From: a virus
DNA: 64,000 nt
Virus record (IMG/VR): IMGVR_UViG_3300037319_000172
Location: 1 to 64,000 of that record
Reading direction: 5' to 3' (one strand)
Position 1 is the first letter of the stretch, and the number at the start of each line of letters is the position of its first letter. The notes under the pieces were generated by a model. The model saw only the letters and a list, made by a program, of their open reading frames with translations. It searched no databases and was not told the DNA's origin. A program made the translations under genes and the position numbers. Of this stretch, positions 18,595 through 28,676 are shown one piece after another.

Positions 18595-19404
18595 TTAAAA
18601 TTTTAACCATTTTGGAGAGTAATATACTCCGATTCCTATTGAAGGACCCGTACTTATTACTTGACTGTTGTTTAGATTAATTCCGTATCCGAAACCAACT
18701 CCAATTGACCAACCTCCTTTTTTAACATGTCTTTGATTTAATTTATCATTAACAATATTTATATTTTCTATAGATGTAAACTTTAAACCAGGGTAAGGTG
18801 TTGTAATCCTTAGGATTTCTCTACCATCTTCTTTAACAATTGCTGTTGTTAAACTTATTCCTTGATTAAAATCAAACCTAGAAGATTTAACAGTAAACAT
18901 AGAATCTAATTGTATTAATTCTAATTCACCACTGAACTCTCTATAATTATATTTATCCCAATTTTTATTATCACTAAATTTAAAAGTAACAGTATCTTTA
19001 TCCTGAACAACGGTTACGTTTGAATTTAATATAGAATCTTTAATTACTAAATCAGTAGATATTAATGTATTTATGTTTTCTAATTTAGTCTTATCTCTAA
19101 GAACCTTATTATATCTATCTAGTAATTTTGATTTATCTTCTTTAAGTGTATTTACTGCGTATTCAAAAGTACCTATTTTTGATATTAGATTACCTGCTTT
19201 ATCTTTTTCTATTTTAATAGAATCTTGAGCGGTTTTATAATTTTCAAAGTTTCTATCAGCTATCTTTTCAGTATTTTGTAAATCTTCTTTAAGATTTGAA
19301 ATTTGATTGCATTGCTTTAAGCCTATTAAAACGACAATAGCGATTCCAATGAATCGCAATAGTGTCTTATTTGTTAGTATTTTTTTAATCATTTTTAATA
19401 TCAA
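18595..19404 (-). CDS. Putative spanin-like lysis protein (probable start ATG at 19392)
   Basis: N-terminal hydrophobic segment ending LKQC, coiled coil, C-terminal WSIGVGFGYG...GPSIGIGVYY beta strands. Confidence 0.55.
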   Translation of the reverse strand: MILKMIKKILTNKTLLRFIGIAIVVLIGLKQCNQISNLKEDLQNTEKIADRNFENYKTAQDSIKIEKDKAGNLISKIGTFEYAVNTLKEDKSKLLDRYNKVLRDKTKLENINTLISTDLVIKDSILNSNVTVVQDKDTVTFKFSDNKNWDKYNYREFSGELELIQLDSMFTVKSSRFDFNQGISLTTAIVKEDGREILRITTPYPGLKFTSIENINIVNDKLNQRHVKKGGWSIGVGFGYGINLNNSQVISTGPSIGIGVYYSPKWLKF

Positions 19405-19417
19405 TATTAATTAAGAT

Positions 19418-21679
19418 TTATGCTATATTCACTCTAGTGAACGGCTTGCTACCTGAAACCTCTACTCCGTTAATTTCCTCTATCTTAATGGTAACGCTGA
19501 ATTCAGAACCTTCGAATTCGTAATCAAAAGTAGTTTTTCCACCTTGCAATATAACAGTACCTGTTGTAAAGTTTTTAACACCAATTACTGAATCCATTGC
19601 AGTTTGTGGATCTGGTATGTTGAAAAATGTAGAATCTTGCTGTCCATTGTCACCTACTGTAGTTAACTGAGAATAACTTAATTTAATTGCATCATCAGCG
19701 ATTCCGTAATTAAAATCAAGAGTACCTTTTTTAGTAGTGTAATTAGGTAGTGAGCTTGAAATAGTTAATGAGTTTCCTCCTCCTGTATCAGGATCTTCTT
19801 CAACAACTTCTGATTTCATTTCTACAGAAAGGTTTGCACTTTGTGCTGAATATACTCCGTCGTCATCAATAGCTTTAACATAAACCTGAATAAATTCTCC
19901 GGCATTCTGTCCTGTAACTTCAAAGGTAGTCAAATCACCGGCAACATCTCCTAAAAGTTGATCTGGATTTGAGGCTCCAAATATTCGTTTATATATGTAA
20001 TAAGAAGCAACCAATGAATCATCAGTAGATGCGTCCCAGTCTAATGTAAAAGTTGTTTGTGTTATATCACTTGATCTTAAATTAGATGGAAAAGTAGGTG
20101 CTTCATTCGGTATTACTATTTCATCCTGTATTGGTGTAGAGTCGAATGTAATATCAACTATCCCGCCCGAAGGTGAAGAAGATACATCAACACTAAACGT
20201 TATATTATTAGAACCATATGATATAGACGCTGATACATCGCCATCCCCATCAGTAACTGATATTGGCAACGCAACTCCATTGAATTCATATCCATCTGTT
20301 TCGGTAATAGTTCTAGTAAATGTAAACGAGCTACCAGGTACGTTTACTTCTGTATAATCTTGTATAGGCGTTAATTTAGTAGCACTAGTATTTGTATCTA
20401 TAAATCTATAAATAATTGTAACAGGATCCTGTTGTCCTGTGCCTTTATCTTTCCAAAATAAAGAAGTGTCTCCTAAAAATATTACTTGAGGTAGTCTTTT
20501 AATTACAAAGTTATCACCAGATCCTGTTTGTATACTTGAGTCTGCATTATCAATTGATCCTGTTATATCATAATCAGGTGAATCATACTCAGCATCAACC
20601 TCTATCTTTGCTCCACCTATTAAATTAACATTGTTATTGCTTGAGTTTACAGATCCCTGACTATTAGGATCTGATGTTGCTGGATTTTCATCAATACTAT
20701 ATGAAAAAGAATTTAAAGCTGATGTAGGTCTATTAATACCTGCTCCATTTGTCCATACCTTTCCGTGACATATATACCAACCACTAAAGTTATTTATACC
20801 AGCTCCGACTCTAATATTAATAGGTGCATTGTCAGGTGCATTAACTCCAATTTCCTCTATTATAAAATTGCTAGCAATAAAGAATAAAGGATCTATTGAT
20901 ACTACAGTACCTACTGGAACAACTCCTCCAATTTCTTCAATAGTTTTAAACTCTATTTCACCTTCACTGTTTTTAGAAACTGCAATGCTATTAGCAGCAG
21001 GGTTAGCAGCGCCAGATATTTTTAAATATTCATGGACGTCTACGTCTTCTCTAAAGTCTGCTGGTACTTTTGCTATTAAAGAATCTGAGTCTAATGTAAG
21101 AAGTTCATCTTCAGTACTTTCATCTATCCAAACAAACTTGCTAGCATATTTATCTATCACAGTACCATTAATTCCTGAGCTAAATCCCATACGCATCGTT
21201 GTTGTTGTAATGCCTGCGTTTATTTTATTATTCATTCTATAGTAGAAAGAGTTAGAAACTCCTTCTGTTCTAAGTTCTAAATTATTTAAAAATCCAGCTT
21301 CTCTATTGATAGTTAACTTTGCTGTTGTTTCAAAATAATTTATATATTGCGGGGCAGTTGATTTATATCCTATTAAAATAGAAGGAGCTGGTGAACCATC
21401 AATAGCAACTGGTAATATTGTTTTAGCAGTACTATCTGTATTAGAAGTCCATATCCCGTCTCCGCTATCACCTGCAGCACCTTGAGAGCCTTGATCACCG
21501 AAAGAACCTTGATCACCTTTATGCCCTGTTAATCCTATATGTCCTTGATCTCCGATAATTCCTTGAAAACCTCGAGGTCCTCCTCCGTTTGCGACTATTT
21601 GATCAAAGTTATAATTAACCTTGTCTAACTTAACGTCGTTAGTATCTATAAAGGATATTTGTTTTAAATTAATTGCCAT
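19418..21679 (-). CDS. Tail fibre/baseplate protein: collagen-like repeat, tail-collar-like domain, fibronectin type III domain
   Basis: KVNYNF N-terminal motif; about 13 G-X-Y triplets; VPVGTVV...GWYICHG collar; APTFPSNL...LDWDASTDD...YVKAID FN3. Confidence 0.7.
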   Translation of the reverse strand: MAINLKQISFIDTNDVKLDKVNYNFDQIVANGGGPRGFQGIIGDQGHIGLTGHKGDQGSFGDQGSQGAAGDSGDGIWTSNTDSTAKTILPVAIDGSPAPSILIGYKSTAPQYINYFETTAKLTINREAGFLNNLELRTEGVSNSFYYRMNNKINAGITTTTMRMGFSSGINGTVIDKYASKFVWIDESTEDELLTLDSDSLIAKVPADFREDVDVHEYLKISGAANPAANSIAVSKNSEGEIEFKTIEEIGGVVPVGTVVSIDPLFFIASNFIIEEIGVNAPDNAPINIRVGAGINNFSGWYICHGKVWTNGAGINRPTSALNSFSYSIDENPATSDPNSQGSVNSSNNNVNLIGGAKIEVDAEYDSPDYDITGSIDNADSSIQTGSGDNFVIKRLPQVIFLGDTSLFWKDKGTGQQDPVTIIYRFIDTNTSATKLTPIQDYTEVNVPGSSFTFTRTITETDGYEFNGVALPISVTDGDGDVSASISYGSNNITFSVDVSSSPSGGIVDITFDSTPIQDEIVIPNEAPTFPSNLRSSDITQTTFTLDWDASTDDSLVASYYIYKRIFGASNPDQLLGDVAGDLTTFEVTGQNAGEFIQVYVKAIDDDGVYSAQSANLSVEMKSEVVEEDPDTGGGNSLTISSSLPNYTTKKGTLDFNYGIADDAIKLSYSQLTTVGDNGQQDSTFFNIPDPQTAMDSVIGVKNFTTGTVILQGGKTTFDYEFEGSEFSVTIKIEEINGVEVSGSKPFTRVNIA

Positions 21680-21734
21680 TTCTAACTTTAATATTTATTT
21701 ATATTCTATATATTCTGTTTAAATTAACAAAATA

Positions 21735-24062
21735 TTAAGTGTCACATCTTGCAAGTGTAATACCTATTATTATTTTTCTATTATCATCTGCAATAGGGAT
21801 TGTTGTACTACACATAGTAGCAGAGCCTGGTGAAGGGATGACAACTGATGCCGCTTGACCATTGCATCGGGTATAGTTCACTATTACATCGCTTGAATAC
21901 CCATTATCAACCTCATACCCTACACAATTGTTATCTTGTTGACATGTAACTATACTTGCTACTCTAGAAGAAGTTGATTCGATAACACCGAATCGTTTAC
22001 CAAAAGAGTGTTCTTCTATAATAGATGCCGTTGGCACGTTACTAGACCCTAGGTCTTCTTTGTGTATTTTTATTAAAGGCAGTTCTCCAATATCATTATT
22101 TTGATTAGTTGCAAAACCGATATTAATTAATACTGTTACCTGTTCTTGTAAAAATGCATTTAAATAATTTAAATTTGTTATACTGCCACTAGACATTGGT
22201 TGATTTATTTTAGAGTAGTATATGTCTATTTTGTTATCAGTGCTTATATCACATGTTGTGTTTGTATAAGATGATGAAGGTGTTATTTTACCAAGGTAAT
22301 ATATGTAGTTATCTACAAATTCAGACAAAAACTCAGATCCATTCCAATACTTTCTCATCCACTTTGTGAATCCAGTATCAACTTCACGGTACCATCCTGC
22401 AGGCGCATTATTTCCATTTAATTCTTTTAATGTAGTAGATGAGTTAAGTTTAGAACCATTCAACACGTAATCATTTCCTAATGGAGGGTTACTACTCCAG
22501 TTTAAATTTCTTACATCTTGTTCCTTCTTTAATTTGAAAACATTAGCTAAAGGACATGTTTCTGTAACAATAGTTCCTTGAACTGAATACCAATAAGTAC
22601 CCTTCCAATATCTTGCAATTCCATCTTTTTCGTACCACTTATTAGAAGGTGCCGTTTGTGCATTTAAATAAAGCACAGTACCTGTTACGTCTCCGTTTAC
22701 CCAATCAATACCTATTCCAGACCATTGATACACTTGCTCAGAAGAATCACATGCCGCAACACTTCCGTTTTGAGGTAAAGATAAACTAATACTTTCAAGT
22801 GATGCTTCATCCTGTATTTCCGATTGCCACACAAGAGAACTTTCTCCTAAATTAATTAAGTGAATCATATTTCCTGACACTAAGCTGTTTCCGCTTGAAT
22901 TAAAAGAAGTGTTGATATCTTCTGTATCTTTTATTAATGATACATTATATTTTGAATTATTATCATACGCTGCATTTATATCAATAGATGCGCCTGCTAT
23001 TACTACAGTATCGTTATTACCTCCATTTTGAGCTGAATCTTGATCTATTGAATTAGTCTCTATGTTATAAATAAATGTATGTAATCTAGGAACCTTGTGA
23101 GATATCACACCGTCTAATTCCCAAGAAGATCCATGGCATAAATACCAACCTTCAAAAGGTGTATTTAACCTACCTCTACCGTATGCAATCTCCAACTTAC
23201 CATTAAAGTTACCATTTACGCTATTATCAGTATTAAAGTTTGAATTATTAAAGTCAGATTCCCTTATCGACATTATAGAACCTATCGGAAGGGCTCCAAA
23301 TACTTCGTATTTATTCTTCCAGATAACATTTCCTAATGAATCCTCACAAATTAAAACTTGATTGTCTGCTGCGTTTTTTCTATAACGTACTTTGTTAAAG
23401 ATTGCCCCTTTTTCAAGTGTTGTTTTTTCATGTACTTTAAATAAGCTTGATGTTATTTTAACTGAAGGAATTATATTATTTTTAGTAAATAGATTTAGAG
23501 TTGTGTTATCTAAATTAGTTTCTAAATGCAATATATCACTAGAGCCATTCATCGAACCTACGTCTAATTTATTATCAGAGTACTTGTGACCTGCTCTTAA
23601 ATCAGCAATATGATCAGCGTCAAACTCAAAGTTAGATTTAGTCTCGCTTCCGTAAAAAACAGCAGCAGTTGTAGGGTATGGTATTACATTGTTATAATCT
23701 CCCTGTGTTCCTGCTTCAAATTTCTTACCTATCATTAATGTAACTGCAGAATACTCTGGTGGATTTATAGCTACTGGAGATATATTTTTATGTAAGTTAC
23801 TTTGATTTACGTTCCAAGAACTAAAACCAGGAGCTCCTTCTAATCCAATTAGCCCTGTAGTTCCTGATTCCCCTACAGTTCCTTGAAATCCCCTATTTCC
23901 GGTAATACCACTACTTCCTGTTAATCCAAAAGGACCTGGCATCCCACCTTCTTTTAATTGATTAAAATTAAAATTTAATTTATCAATCTTGTCTTTTGCC
24001 CACCAGTTAGTACTGTTAGGATCTAAATCACTTTTAAATATTTCTTTAATATTTATTGACAT
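21735..24062 (-). CDS. Tail fibre/baseplate protein, paralogue with collagen repeat and collar domain
   Basis: KLNFNF; about 13 G-X-Y triplets; LPIGSIM...GWYLCHG; Cys-containing C-terminal region. Confidence 0.7.
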   Translation of the reverse strand: MSINIKEIFKSDLDPNSTNWWAKDKIDKLNFNFNQLKEGGMPGPFGLTGSSGITGNRGFQGTVGESGTTGLIGLEGAPGFSSWNVNQSNLHKNISPVAINPPEYSAVTLMIGKKFEAGTQGDYNNVIPYPTTAAVFYGSETKSNFEFDADHIADLRAGHKYSDNKLDVGSMNGSSDILHLETNLDNTTLNLFTKNNIIPSVKITSSLFKVHEKTTLEKGAIFNKVRYRKNAADNQVLICEDSLGNVIWKNKYEVFGALPIGSIMSIRESDFNNSNFNTDNSVNGNFNGKLEIAYGRGRLNTPFEGWYLCHGSSWELDGVISHKVPRLHTFIYNIETNSIDQDSAQNGGNNDTVVIAGASIDINAAYDNNSKYNVSLIKDTEDINTSFNSSGNSLVSGNMIHLINLGESSLVWQSEIQDEASLESISLSLPQNGSVAACDSSEQVYQWSGIGIDWVNGDVTGTVLYLNAQTAPSNKWYEKDGIARYWKGTYWYSVQGTIVTETCPLANVFKLKKEQDVRNLNWSSNPPLGNDYVLNGSKLNSSTTLKELNGNNAPAGWYREVDTGFTKWMRKYWNGSEFLSEFVDNYIYYLGKITPSSSYTNTTCDISTDNKIDIYYSKINQPMSSGSITNLNYLNAFLQEQVTVLINIGFATNQNNDIGELPLIKIHKEDLGSSNVPTASIIEEHSFGKRFGVIESTSSRVASIVTCQQDNNCVGYEVDNGYSSDVIVNYTRCNGQAASVVIPSPGSATMCSTTIPIADDNRKIIIGITLARCDT

Positions 24063-24067
24063 TGCGG

Positions 24068-27000
24068 TTATGCTTGTATTTTAATATGTAGTTTTAAATG
24101 ATATTTAAAACCAGGCTTTTTGTTATATATTAATCTAAAACTAAGACTTTCATTCTGATATCCTTGGATATCGAAATTAGTAAGTTGTGTAAATCTACCT
24201 TCTTTTAATTTATCTGGAGAATCTATAGAAATAAATTCAGTAGATATGTTTTTACCTTCTATTCCGTATATCTCAGTATTCTCTATAATAAATCTATTAA
24301 CTATGTTTGAATATACATACTTTTCTAAATCATCATCAATAGTTGATTTATCTCCGAAAGAATTTTCAGCGCTTATATACTTTCTAAATTTAGATGAAAT
24401 ACCATCTTCTATTAGTTCTTCATATATTGTTTTAGGTAAATAGAAGTCTGCAATTATTCCAGCGTCGTTCTCTACCCAGTGTATTGCTGTCTTATTTAAT
24501 TTATTAGATCTAATATAGTCTAAAGAATCGATAGAAGTTTCTATAGTATTTGAAAAACTAGTTAAATCGTACTGATTCTTAACTTTCATAATCGTAGATA
24601 CCATAAACGAATTTGATTCAACAGGACTTAAAGTACCGTGAACTTCTTCGCTAGATCCTCCTGCAATTGATTTTGTAAAATAATCACTTGAGTACTTAGA
24701 TTTAAAAACATTTAAATTCTTCTTGTCTATTGCTATCTCGTTTATCATAGGATATAGAGGTAGTTTATCAGTAGTATCTGAAAGTTTTAATAGGTTTTTA
24801 GAATTTTCATCATTTACTTTATGATAATAATAGTTATTAATGAAACCGTAATTTTCATCTACGTTCTTATAAGATGCAAATGCGATTCCTAAGTTTCTAA
24901 ACTTATTGTATATTAGATTATTTCTATCTTTATTTAGAATTAAAGCGTTGAAAGCTCCGTTATATTCAAAACCTACACCGGCACCTGACCCTGATCCTGA
25001 ACCAAAACTATTTTCTGGATAGAATGGAATAGTACCAACATAAGGACCTTCACTTCCTTGAATAGGAACTTCAGGTATTATTGCAGATTGCTCAGAGTAC
25101 ATATCAGTAAAACTGATAACATCTTTAAATAATGGATTGTATTCGCCATTCATTCTTTTTAATATTGTAAAATACCCTCCGTCTTTTCTTTCTTTTAAAA
25201 CTCTACCTATCTCATTAGAACTAGATTGATATGATTTTGGTCTATTTCCATCAGATGCTGTGTCAATAACAGATGGTTTCACAACATCAACACCGTCTTG
25301 TACTTCTAGAATAAATCTATTAAGAGATTCTCCACTAGAGTCTACCGTTATATAGTTAATATCTCCAAAATTATTAAATCTTTTAGCGAAGTTATAAGAA
25401 ACTACTTCTTCAAGTATATTTTTCCATCCAGCAGATCCTGTTTTCCAATAATAAAAAACAGCATCAATTGGAATTGTATTTAAAACAGCATCAGTTATAT
25501 AAGGTACCCCACTACCTGAAGGACCTTCTGTTCCAATACTAAAAGGTATAGGCCTACCTGCAACAACTATAGAATTGTTATCTATAACGGAAACAACTCT
25601 CATTCCAGCATATTGCGGTTCAATGCCTGAACCTGGTATTTCAAAATAAATCCATGAATATTTTCCTTCAGCATCTAACGTTACGCTATCATTAAAACTA
25701 GCTTCTTCACCTGTATCATTTGCATATATTACTGTTTCTTTAATTCTTTCTTCTCCCCACTCAGCTCTATTCAAATCAATAGAGAATGGAATAACTGAAT
25801 CTACTATATCATTGTTTAACTTAATATCAAAAGATTCATACATTAAAGATCTACTTAAAGACTCGATGTCGTTATCCTGAACATTAACATCTATAATTAC
25901 ACATATAAATTTAAATTCATCATTTTTAATAACTGTATATTCTACTCCATTAGGATTACCTTTATTGTAATTTAATGTTACTCCAAATTTATATGAATTT
26001 GTTTCTGTTGTATTTATGAATGACACAGGGCTATCCTGTTTGAATTCTTTTCTTTTCTTGTAAATATATCGTAATCCTCTAAATACTGTGTTAGGTTCTA
26101 ACTCTGTTGACCCTCCGTTGAATTTAGTGTATAGTTTATTAAACTTATCATCAACCCATATTTTAGTATTAGCGTTGATAGATCCTTTCCAATTAAAATA
26201 AAGGCTGAAGTAATCAACACTAGTAGACTTTAACTGAGGAATACTAATACCATCGGTTGTTGTGTAACTTGTGAATGATTTTAAATTAGTAGTTTTATTA
26301 TCTTGATATAATTTATCTGTTATTTTATTAAAATGAAAGTGTTCCATGTTTAAATCATCAACGTTTCTTCCTGATTCTATTCTAATTTCAGGTGAAAGGT
26401 TGTTAGCACCGAACGATTCATTTGTATTTAATATATAAGGTAGGTTTCTAGCATTAGTTCCGTTTTTCAAAGCATATTTCAGTATTGAAGGTACTATTCT
26501 GCTCTTTAAAGCTGTTTCTTTTAATTTATTTTCATCTAATCTGTCATATTCAGAATTAACTGGAGTGCTTATTATTAAATCATCAACATCTTCTTGATAT
26601 AATACAGGAGATAATCCTGCGTATTCTCCTTCAGATAATTTGTCATATTCTAATTCTCCTATTTCTGAGTTTTTAGTTGAATGAAAATCAAAATCAAAAT
26701 CCATTAAATCATAAGCTGAAAACTTACCAAATGTCGGTTTAAATTTATTGTATAATTGTATAGTTCCGTCGCTTGCTGTTTGATAAACACTTTCAATAAC
26801 AACTCTATGCGTTCCTTTATTTATATAATCAGAAACAACATCTATTATTTTAGAATATTTACTAAGATTTATATGCTTGACATATTGTCCAACTTTAACT
26901 TCTCCTAATTCTTCATCAGACACTAGAAACGCAGAACCTACTTTAGATCCTCCTCTTGCAGTATACATATCCCAATCAGAAAACCTTGTTCCAAAATAAA

Positions 27001-28606
27001 TTACTGGAACATTGTTTTGTAAATCACTATCAATTAATCCTACATCGTTAACTGATCCTATCACAACTGTAATAAAAGAACTAACATTAAGTTCGCATAT
27101 ACCAAATGACATTCTTTTCCTATTAGATCCTACTGCATAATCTTCAACAATAACAGAAAGTCCATCAGTTGTTGTTTTATAGGTTGTCATAGACTCTATT
27201 AATCTACTAACAGCTATCGCTATTTGGTTTAAAGATCCTGCACTTGAAAACTTATTTCCAAAAAAAGTTCCTGGAGATATTGAATCGTCAGCAATACCTG
27301 TAAAATCATGTAAATTATAATTAGATAACTCTATTTCAGTTTTATCTGCAATATAAAATCTATCATTACTTATAGGCTTTTTAGTTATTTCAAACTTAAT
27401 AAAAGGTTTGTTAGATATTTTTAATGGTAGTGCTTGTATTTTATTAGAATCTACACTGAAATCAGTTGATGAAATAGATTCTGCAATATTATTATAATTA
27501 GACACTGGTATATTTAAACCAGATATCGGCGTGTTGTTGTTAATATGTAGGAATTGGTTGTCACCTAAGTTAATATAAGACAACATAGGAAACTCTAGGT
27601 CAGATTTACTTGGTAACATATCCTCGTGAGTTAGTCCCGTACCCTCAATAGGATACGTAGTCTGTATACTTCCAGGTCTGATACTTACTATATTGTCTGC
27701 AGAAACAGAGTCAACATCGAATGTTCCTTCCTCAATTACATCTACATATAATCCAAAGTACCTGTATATTTCATAGTTTTCTGCAAACTCATCGTCAAAC
27801 ATAAATTCCATGTTTATTAGATTAGCTGAAATAACACCATGTCTTTCGAACCCGCTTGTTAACATCTCATTCGCTTCAATCTCTAAACTATCCTGTCTTA
27901 TATAGTCTTCTGCTATCGAATCTCGTTTAGATACAAATCCTCCGTTATTAGTGTCAATTCCTCTATACGCAATATCTCCGCCTTCAGAGAAGTTAAATTC
28001 TATTGAAGATGCCGGCATTCCTTTATCAAACACATGTGAATTTAGATATTTACCTAATTTACTTTTGGTAGTAAGATCAAATGTTTTAACTATTGTTGAG
28101 TATTTTAATAACTCTAGAATTCTAGAATTCTGCCCTAATGTATCTTCGTTGTATTCTATATTATAGTCTGTATTTAATACTCTATAAACTACAAATTTAC
28201 CAGGTATTTTTCTATCTAACCATATTGGTGCAAATAACTTGTATTGCTCATCATATAATTTAGTAGAATTAAAACTAGCTCCGTAGTTATATTGATTCTC
28301 GTATTGATTAGAGAATTCCGAATAAGGTGTAGTATCTGATTGTGTTCGAAGTGTTTGAAATCTATCATCCTTTGGAACTTTCTTGAAAAATCGAGCCACG
28401 TCATTTGCATAAACACCTGTATCTGAAACTTCAAACTTCTGGTGTTCTACTTTAGAAAGAATTCTATTTGCTTTAAAAGAACTTAAGAATATATGTTCCT
28501 TTGAATCAACTGTTAGCTTTAAATTACTAGTTAATTTTGGATTTGTTCTTAATAATGCAAAAGAGGAATTCTCTTCTTTGTTCTGTATGTTAAAATCTAT
28601 CGCCAT
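24068..28606 (-). CDS. Large virion structural protein (baseplate-associated)
   Basis: 1512 aa ORF in the structural cluster with a late promoter at 28632-28639. Confidence 0.55.
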   Translation of the reverse strand: MAIDFNIQNKEENSSFALLRTNPKLTSNLKLTVDSKEHIFLSSFKANRILSKVEHQKFEVSDTGVYANDVARFFKKVPKDDRFQTLRTQSDTTPYSEFSNQYENQYNYGASFNSTKLYDEQYKLFAPIWLDRKIPGKFVVYRVLNTDYNIEYNEDTLGQNSRILELLKYSTIVKTFDLTTKSKLGKYLNSHVFDKGMPASSIEFNFSEGGDIAYRGIDTNNGGFVSKRDSIAEDYIRQDSLEIEANEMLTSGFERHGVISANLINMEFMFDDEFAENYEIYRYFGLYVDVIEEGTFDVDSVSADNIVSIRPGSIQTTYPIEGTGLTHEDMLPSKSDLEFPMLSYINLGDNQFLHINNNTPISGLNIPVSNYNNIAESISSTDFSVDSNKIQALPLKISNKPFIKFEITKKPISNDRFYIADKTEIELSNYNLHDFTGIADDSISPGTFFGNKFSSAGSLNQIAIAVSRLIESMTTYKTTTDGLSVIVEDYAVGSNRKRMSFGICELNVSSFITVVIGSVNDVGLIDSDLQNNVPVIYFGTRFSDWDMYTARGGSKVGSAFLVSDEELGEVKVGQYVKHINLSKYSKIIDVVSDYINKGTHRVVIESVYQTASDGTIQLYNKFKPTFGKFSAYDLMDFDFDFHSTKNSEIGELEYDKLSEGEYAGLSPVLYQEDVDDLIISTPVNSEYDRLDENKLKETALKSRIVPSILKYALKNGTNARNLPYILNTNESFGANNLSPEIRIESGRNVDDLNMEHFHFNKITDKLYQDNKTTNLKSFTSYTTTDGISIPQLKSTSVDYFSLYFNWKGSINANTKIWVDDKFNKLYTKFNGGSTELEPNTVFRGLRYIYKKRKEFKQDSPVSFINTTETNSYKFGVTLNYNKGNPNGVEYTVIKNDEFKFICVIIDVNVQDNDIESLSRSLMYESFDIKLNNDIVDSVIPFSIDLNRAEWGEERIKETVIYANDTGEEASFNDSVTLDAEGKYSWIYFEIPGSGIEPQYAGMRVVSVIDNNSIVVAGRPIPFSIGTEGPSGSGVPYITDAVLNTIPIDAVFYYWKTGSAGWKNILEEVVSYNFAKRFNNFGDINYITVDSSGESLNRFILEVQDGVDVVKPSVIDTASDGNRPKSYQSSSNEIGRVLKERKDGGYFTILKRMNGEYNPLFKDVISFTDMYSEQSAIIPEVPIQGSEGPYVGTIPFYPENSFGSGSGSGAGVGFEYNGAFNALILNKDRNNLIYNKFRNLGIAFASYKNVDENYGFINNYYYHKVNDENSKNLLKLSDTTDKLPLYPMINEIAIDKKNLNVFKSKYSSDYFTKSIAGGSSEEVHGTLSPVESNSFMVSTIMKVKNQYDLTSFSNTIETSIDSLDYIRSNKLNKTAIHWVENDAGIIADFYLPKTIYEELIEDGISSKFRKYISAENSFGDKSTIDDDLEKYVYSNIVNRFIIENTEIYGIEGKNISTEFISIDSPDKLKEGRFTQLTNFDIQGYQNESLSFRLIYNKKPGFKYHLKLHIKIQA

Positions 28607-28610
28607 TTAT

Positions 28611-28657
28611 GGGACCTCTTTTTAGTTAAATTATATATCATAATTACAAGAGGTCCC
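28611..28657 (-). promoter_or_regulatory. Hairpin enclosing a late promoter and covering a Shine-Dalgarno-like sequence
   Basis: Perfect 10-bp inverted repeat GGGACCTCTT/AAGAGGTCCC; loop contains GATATATA; 3' arm ends 4 nt before the ATG. Confidence 0.6.
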
Positions 28658-28676
28658 TTTTTAAAATTAAGAAATA

